From: Gammaproteobacteria bacterium
GTDB lineage: Bacteria > Pseudomonadota > Gammaproteobacteria > RBG-16-57-12
Length of the DNA stretch: 64,000 nucleotides
NCBI GenBank assembly: GCA_021647245.1
Contig: JAKIVC010000002.1
Span: 64,184-128,183, forward strand
Direction of reading: 5' to 3'
Shown in pieces: positions 59,269-64,000 of this stretch (positions are counted from its first letter, which is position 1; each line of letters opens with the position of its first letter). A program made the position numbers and the translations under genes. The notes beneath the pieces are model-generated. The model ran no database searches and was not told where the DNA came from. It saw only the letters and a program-made list of their open reading frames with translations.

Positions 59269-59312
59269 AAAAAAACACCCGCCACCCAGATGATAACATC
59301 GGGTGGCGGGTG
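59269..59312 (-). terminator. rho-independent terminator downstream of typA
   Basis: On the minus strand: cacccgccaccc-(13 nt loop)-gggtggcgggtg followed by ttttttt. It starts 17 nt after the typA stop. Confidence 0.85.
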
Positions 59313-59328
59313 CTTTCAGGTGAGCAGC

Positions 59329-61146
59329 TTATTTGCCGGAACGACCAGCACGTTTGCGCTCATTTTCGGTGAGTAGCTTCTTGCGTGGGCGAATATGGTT
59401 GGGTGTTACTTCAACCAGTTCATCATCATCAATAAACTCCAGCGCCTGCTCTAGGGTATGGGTAATAGGGGTGACCAGTGATTGCGCCTCATCCGTACCC
59501 GATGCGCGCACATTGGTCAGCTGTTTGCCTTTTAGTGCATTAACGACCAAATCGTTAGTACGGCTGTGAATACCGATGATCATCCCTTCATAAACCTCAG
59601 CCCCGTGACCAATTAACAAGCTGCCACGAGCTTGTAAGAAGAACAGTGCGTTGGTCAGTGCTTTACCCGCGGCATTGGCAATCAATACGCCATTCATGCG
59701 GGTGCCATATTCGCCTTTCTTTAATGGGCCATAATGATCGAAGATGCTGAACATTAAGCCGGTGCCCTGGGTTGCTGTTAGAAACTCGGTACGAAAGCCG
59801 ATCAAACCACGTGAGGGGATGATAAAGTCGATACGAACACGACCCTTACCGTCCAGCTCCATGTTGCTCATCTCTCCACCACGGCTACCCAGCTTCTCCA
59901 TGATGGTGCCCTGGTGTTGCTCCTCAATATCGATGGTTAACTGCTCGTAAGGCTCCTGTTTTTTGCCGTCAATTTCGCGAAAGATAACTTCAGGACGGGA
60001 GACACCCATCTCAAAACCTTCACGGCGCATGGTTTCGATCAACACAGAGAGGTGAAGCTCGCCACGTCCTGAAACCCGGAATTGATTGGCATTTCCAGTC
60101 TCTTCAACCCGCAGTGCCACATTGTGAATTAACTCTTGATCCAGGCGCTCTTTAATTTGACGTGAGGTGACAAACTTACCGTCAAGGCCTGCAAAGGGAG
60201 AGTTATTAACCTGGAATGTCATGCTGACGGTTGGCTCATCAATGCTCAATGGCGCCAGGGCTTCAACAGCAGCAGGGTCACACAGCGTATCAGAGATGCT
60301 TAACCCATCAATACCAGTGAAGCAGATGATGTCACCCGCCTGCGCCTCTTCAACCTCGATGCGCTCTAACCCCATAAAGCCCATGAGTTTGAGTATGCGT
60401 GCGTTGCGACGCTCGCCGTCGGGACCTACCACGGTCACTTGGGTGTTGGTTTTGATACGGCCACGGGCGATACGACCGATACCGATAACACCGACATAGC
60501 TGTTGTAATCAAGCTGTGAAACCTGCAACTGGAAAGGATCCTCAATCTCAACTTGTGGTGGGTGAACCTTGTCGACGATGGTTTGCAGCATTGGCGTCAA
60601 ATCACCGTCGCGGACACTGTCTTCAAGGCCAGCAAAACCATTTAGACCAGAGGCGTAGACCACCGGAAAGTCGAGCTGCTCGTCGGTAGCACCCAGGTGG
60701 TCAAATAGATCGAAAGTTTGATCCAGCACCCACTGTGGGCGCGCACCTGGACGATCAATTTTATTGATTACCACGATGGGCTTAAGACCGCGATTCAGTG
60801 CTTTTTGCGTTACAAAGCGTGTCTGGGGCATTGGTCCTTCGACGGAGTCAACCAGTAGTAGTACGGAGTCAACCATAGAGAGTACACGTTCTACCTCGCC
60901 GCCAAAATCAGCATGTCCCGGAGTATCCACGATATTGATGTGGTACTTACCCCATTTAATTGCGGTTGGCTTTGCCAAGATGGTAATACCACGCTCACGC
61001 TCTTGATCGTTGGAGTCCATAGCGCGCTCTTCCAGCTGAGTGCGTTCGTCCAATGTATCCGATTGCTTGAGTAGTTGGTCGACCAGGGTGGTTTTGCCAT
61101 GGTCAACGTGGGCAATAATGGCGATATTACGTAAATTCTCGATCAC
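59329..61146 (-). CDS. typA: translational GTPase TypA/BipA
   Basis: From GTG 61146: [23 protein letters not shown], which matches the E. coli BipA N-terminus. The rest shows EF-G-like domains. The 27-codon extension in the ORF track is rejected. Confidence 0.97.
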   Translation of the reverse strand: MIENLRNIAIIAHVDHGKTTLVDQLLKQSDTLDERTQLEERAMDSNDQERERGITILAKPTAIKWGKYHINIVDTPGHADFGGEVERVLSMVDSVLLLVDSVEGPMPQTRFVTQKALNRGLKPIVVINKIDRPGARPQWVLDQTFDLFDHLGATDEQLDFPVVYASGLNGFAGLEDSVRDGDLTPMLQTIVDKVHPPQVEIEDPFQLQVSQLDYNSYVGVIGIGRIARGRIKTNTQVTVVGPDGERRNARILKLMGFMGLERIEVEEAQAGDIICFTGIDGLSISDTLCDPAAVEALAPLSIDEPTVSMTFQVNNSPFAGLDGKFVTSRQIKERLDQELIHNVALRVEETGNANQFRVSGRGELHLSVLIETMRREGFEMGVSRPEVIFREIDGKKQEPYEQLTIDIEEQHQGTIMEKLGSRGGEMSNMELDGKGRVRIDFIIPSRGLIGFRTEFLTATQGTGLMFSIFDHYGPLKKGEYGTRMNGVLIANAAGKALTNALFFLQARGSLLIGHGAEVYEGMIIGIHSRTNDLVVNALKGKQLTNVRASGTDEAQSLVTPITHTLEQALEFIDDDELVEVTPNHIRPRKKLLTENERKRAGRSGK

Positions 61147-61296
61147 AGTAGTAAGCTCGATGATTAATTGAATTGAATTGAATGGCGCGGATTGTACAGT
61201 AAGTGGACAGATTGTTCCTAGTCCCATAGGTGATTATTTGACGATTTAACTATGAAAAGGCATGATCCCAGCAATATTCTGTGAAATATCGATAAG

Positions 61297-62178
61297 ATGA
61301 GCCAAAAAGACGCCCCCTTTAAAGTTTTTGTAATTAAATGGCTACTGCACCTTTTCGCCTTGCTGCCACTACGTGCGGCGCATGCTGTTGGCCATCTATT
61401 GGGGCTGTTTTTATGGCGCTTTTCAGCAACCACTCGTCGGGTGGTGTTAAAAAATATCGCACTCTGTTTTCCTGATATGAGTAAGTCATCACAAATGAAA
61501 CTGGCTAAAGCGAATCTGCTTGAAACCGGTAAAAACATCACTGAGTTGGGGGCGATTTGGCTCTGGCCAGCAGAAAAAACACGACAACTGGTAAAGCAGG
61601 TGAGTGGCGCTGAGCTAATTGAGCAAGCGAATAAACAGCAGCAGGGGATTATATTTGTCGCACCTCACCTCGGGTGCTGGGAGTTAATTGGCCTATACCA
61701 GCCGATGCTCTGCCTCTATCGGCCACCGCGAATGAAACAGCTAGACCCCGTCATCAGAAAAGCACGCACTCGAAATGGCACTCGCTTGGCACCCACCGAT
61801 GCCAGAGGTGTGCGTGCGATACTGCAAGCGCTGCGCAAAGGTGAGGCAACCGGAATTTTACCTGATCAGGACCCGGGGCGTGGCCATGGCCTGTTTGCCC
61901 CCTTTTTTGGTGTAGAGGCAAACACCATGACTCTGGTATCCAAATTGGCAATTAAGAGCAAGGCAAAAGTGATCTTTACCTATGCAGAGCGGTTACCAAA
62001 AGGTGAGGGTTACCACTTACACTTTATACCGGCGAGCGATGAAATTTACGGTGATCATTCCGCCGGTTATATGAATCAGCAAGTCGAGCAGTTGATACGT
62101 CAAACACCGAACCAATACATGTGGAGCTACAAGCGCTTCAAGAGCCGGCCAGAGGGTGAAAGGGGTGTATATGATTAA
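61297..62178 (+). CDS. lpxL: lipid A biosynthesis late acyltransferase (LpxL/HtrB family)
   Basis: 293 aa with an N-terminal hydrophobic anchor, the acyltransferase H-x4-E motif (APHLGCWEL) and ILPDQD. Confidence 0.8.
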   Translation: MSQKDAPFKVFVIKWLLHLFALLPLRAAHAVGHLLGLFLWRFSATTRRVVLKNIALCFPDMSKSSQMKLAKANLLETGKNITELGAIWLWPAEKTRQLVKQVSGAELIEQANKQQQGIIFVAPHLGCWELIGLYQPMLCLYRPPRMKQLDPVIRKARTRNGTRLAPTDARGVRAILQALRKGEATGILPDQDPGRGHGLFAPFFGVEANTMTLVSKLAIKSKAKVIFTYAERLPKGEGYHLHFIPASDEIYGDHSAGYMNQQVEQLIRQTPNQYMWSYKRFKSRPEGERGVYD

Positions 62179-62203
62179 GCTCGAACAGTTAAAAAATATG
62201 GCT

Positions 62204-62320
62204 CTATGTGAAATAGAGCGGGTAATTGAACTTTAGTTTTCCACAAAGAAAGTAAACCATATTGATGAAATTATCGATATTACGATAGCCTCTTGCTCGA
62301 CGTTTGGCGAGCTGAACCTT
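62204..62320 (-). pseudogene. 3' remnant of a DDE transposase gene (family uncertain, ISL3-like C-terminus)
   Basis: The minus-strand translation KVQLAKRRARGYRNIDNFINMVYFLCGKLKFNYPLYFT* resembles the conserved ..K.....K..A.G(Y/F)RN..NF......  tail of IS transposases. No upstream body is present. Confidence 0.4.
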
Positions 62321-62321
62321 G

Positions 62322-62341
62322 CTCCCAAATCCCCAGATAGG
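62322..62341 (+). repeat. solo terminus related to repeat family A
   Basis: ctcccaaatccccagatagg compared with the family A end cccctaatccccagataga. The 12-mer atccccagatag is identical and the flanks are similar. Confidence 0.4.
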
Positions 62342-62789
62342 ACTCCCTCCGACCTCTAAGAACCATTAACGAGGCTGTAGAAAAACCCACCCAGAGCCCC
62401 TTCCTACCTGCCCAGTGTCTATTCCACATCACTTTCAATGATAATCATCTTGTAGTCCGACATTGACCTGCCAATAGCGGTATTGGCGGCTATTGAGGGC
62501 TTTATTTGGCCTTTTCTTTACACTCAGTGGATTAGTTGTCCATAGTTGGCCAGCTTCTCTATATAGTGCACTATAAGCAGTAGCCTTGTACTTTGCTTTT
62601 TCCTCTCAGGCTAAAACGATTGAGTCCTTTATTGCTGCACATATTGGCGAATACGGGCTGACCGCCATGGACGCAAATGTGCCTTAGATTCTTAAAGATC
62701 AAGCCATATAGAAAACAATAGACCTCTAAATACATTATGTACAGACTTGACCCCTTTACTTTATCTGACCCCTTTATAAAATAAAAAGA

Positions 62790-63080
62790 ATGGTCAGCCA
62801 AAAAGTTGCCGTTGAAGAAGTGTCACCAACAAAAACAGAGGCTTATAATGAGGCCTCTGCACGTTTTATCCTTCACATTGATGGTTATGCTCACAACACA
62901 TCAATGACGCGATGCTTTGGTGGGTACATGTTTGAATACATTAATGTTGAGTTAATTGATGTAAGAACAAATGAAACAGCTTTACACTATTCAAATTCTG
63001 GCTATTCTGAAAACTGTCCGCCTTTATCAGGTACAATTTTTACTGATGTAGTTGAATTGGTCTCCGAAGTATGGGAATAG
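62790..63080 (+). CDS. orphan small protein (candidate integron-cassette ORF)
   Basis: 96 aa ORF in an AT-rich region with no recognisable family. Its stop lies 1 nt before the attC-like site, which is the typical cassette geometry. Confidence 0.4.
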   Translation: MVSQKVAVEEVSPTKTEAYNEASARFILHIDGYAHNTSMTRCFGGYMFEYINVELIDVRTNETALHYSNSGYSENCPPLSGTIFTDVVELVSEVWE

Positions 63081-63081
63081 C

Positions 63082-63172
63082 ACATAACACGGCGCTACAC
63101 CTGACTGCCCAAAGCGGCGCCGCTCGTGCCTCGCTCTGCCACTTTGGGCAGCAGGTGAGCTAAACGTTATGT
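63082..63172 (+). mobile_element. integron attC-like recombination site
   Basis: R'' is ACATAAC (63082-63088) and R' is GTTATGT (63166-63172); they are perfect reverse complements. The spacers acggcg / taaac are unpaired. L'' gctAcacctgActgcccaaagcgg pairs with L' ccactttgggcagcaggtgagc, leaving two unpaired extra A residues in L''. A central variable loop completes the R-box / unpaired spacer / L-box with extrahelical bases / variable-loop architecture. Confidence 0.7.
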
Positions 63173-63844
63173 GTTTTTACATGGTCGGGGCCATGAAGAA
63201 ACAAGCCCATCAATGTGCTCGTGAAGATCTGGATTTATATTGTTCCACATGGGGTCAAGCACAAAGTCAATACCTTCTCTACGTGCGAGTTTTGCGGCAG
63301 GAACAAAATCACTATCTCCAGCTATGAGAATTATTTGGTCAACCGATTTTTTGTATGCCAGTGAAGAAATATCTAGGCCAATTTTCATATCAACACCTTT
63401 TTGCCTAGCCTCGTATTTAACATCGCCTTCGGAAAGTTCATCGATTGAAATTTTGCTATTTAGCAGTTCTTTAGTTTTCTTCGCATTTATTACCCAATGA
63501 CCATCATCGGCTATTCTCCCGAATCGTAGGGCTACTTTCCTGAATCGCTTTAATTCTTGGTGAAATTCATTGCGAAATTTCGCTTCAGGAGTATCCCCAA
63601 AGCTAAATCCTTTTTTGGTAACAGGATTCTGCGCCCGCTTCGCAAGAGGAGGGCAGTCATAGAAGAAAATCCGATATAGCTCCTTCTTTTTGACTCCCTT
63701 GCTATTTACTTGTCGTAAATTACGCAGAAGACCGCTATAGAGGTCTCTTGCAACTTGGTTTGGAGATTTATCGCGCCAACCTGGATAGAGTGCTCGATAT
63801 CGTTTAATGAAGTAACTGCCGTCCACAAGTATCGCTGATTTCAT
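63167..63844 (-). CDS. NYN (LabA-like, PIN-related) domain protein
   Basis: 225 aa with AILVDGSYF (N-terminal Asp), QKGVDMKIGLD and ILIAGDSDFVPAAKLAR, the NYN acidic motifs. Its stop codon (TTA on plus, 63167-63169) is the TT-A of the attC R' core. Confidence 0.8.
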   Translation of the reverse strand: MKSAILVDGSYFIKRYRALYPGWRDKSPNQVARDLYSGLLRNLRQVNSKGVKKKELYRIFFYDCPPLAKRAQNPVTKKGFSFGDTPEAKFRNEFHQELKRFRKVALRFGRIADDGHWVINAKKTKELLNSKISIDELSEGDVKYEARQKGVDMKIGLDISSLAYKKSVDQIILIAGDSDFVPAAKLARREGIDFVLDPMWNNINPDLHEHIDGLVSSWPRPCKNT

Positions 63845-63866
63845 ATAAGCCTCTGTTTTTAGGCAT

Positions 63867-63924
63867 AAAAAAGCCCCGGATTTCGTGAGCCTCGCTATTG
63901 TTGGAGGCCCGTACTTTCCAGGGC
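63867..63924 (-). terminator. terminator-like structured element 22 nt upstream of the NYN start codon
   Basis: On the minus strand, GCCCTGGA...(inner hairpin GCCTC-CAACAATAGC-GAGGC)...TCCGGGGC is followed by TTTTTTA. RBS AGAGG and the ATG come next. Confidence 0.4.
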
Positions 63925-64000
63925 GCTATTCAACTTTGATTATGGTATATACACTATTCATAGTCAATGAACAAACATAATCGGGTAGCCAAGGGTCTCT

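Noticed and set aside
62522-62625. Possible second, decayed attC upstream of the 96-aa ORF. gctaaaacgattgagt resembles the gctaaacgttatgtg end of the real site, and actcagt is a possible R''.
   Set aside because: The putative R''/R' need an indel and two mismatches. The arms between them do not pair; only a short central palindrome tatagtgcactata is present. This is not enough to call.
62571-62801. 76-aa minus-strand ORF in the AT-rich region
   Set aside because: It has no RBS and hydrophobic/aromatic low-complexity sequence typical of AT-rich noise. It overlaps the start of the plus-strand cassette ORF.
63928-64000. ATTCAAC heptamer (fits RYYYAAC) near the window end as a possible start of the next attC
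   Set aside because: The partner GTTGAAT and the paired arms would lie beyond position 64000. The visible part is AT-rich and unlike the 63.1 kb site. It cannot be evaluated.
1-64000. Search for rRNA, tRNA, tmRNA or CRISPR arrays
   Set aside because: No T-loop GGTTCGAATCC-type strings were seen. There are no regularly spaced short direct repeats and no rRNA-like conserved blocks. All larger non-coding gaps are explained by promoters or the two repeat families.

Overview
This is a chromosomal segment of a gammaproteobacterium. I found no rRNA, tRNA or CRISPR array by eye. It carries about 57 protein genes. All family calls come from motif recognition and remembered gene order; no searches were run.

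Most genes are housekeeping and sit in blocks whose order I recognise from Pseudomonas-type genomes:
- pilK-pilJ-pilI-pilG (minus)
- gshA-gshB-apbE-...-tonB-algH-ruvX-pyrR-pyrB-pyrC' (plus)
- pilU-pilT (minus)
- yggS-proC-yggT
- crp/vfr-osmC-VOC-speD-acnB
- sbcB, rsmJ, hrpB
- recG-ridA-spoT-rpoZ-gmk-GGDEF-apaH-dtd-typA
- lpxL

Less ordinary pieces lie between these blocks:
1. A visibly AT-richer dynamin-like GTPase gene (18.6-20.5 kb).
2. selD-selU followed by a translationally coupled five-gene envelope cluster (23.0-26.9 kb). It encodes a Met-rich lipoprotein, a beta-barrel with an N-terminal Cys-Cys motif, two thioredoxin-fold proteins and a mini cytochrome c. I cannot assign it to a known system.
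3. A nitrate/NO locus (nasA, truncated haemoglobin, HPP protein) next to an MCP and a separately encoded TM-NIT-TM sensor. The gene order is permuted and the two genes overlap by 7 nt.
4. A DUF3015 / DUF4105-barrel / hydrolase triad.
5. Two families of MITE-like intergenic repeats. Family A has 4 copies plus a solo end; family B has 1 full copy plus a solo end.
6. A compositional break after lpxL at the right edge. It contains a transposase 3' remnant, a textbook integron attC-like site (63082-63172), a small orphan ORF ending 1 nt before the site, and a reverse-oriented NYN-nuclease gene that starts exactly at the predicted crossover point. No integrase is in the window.
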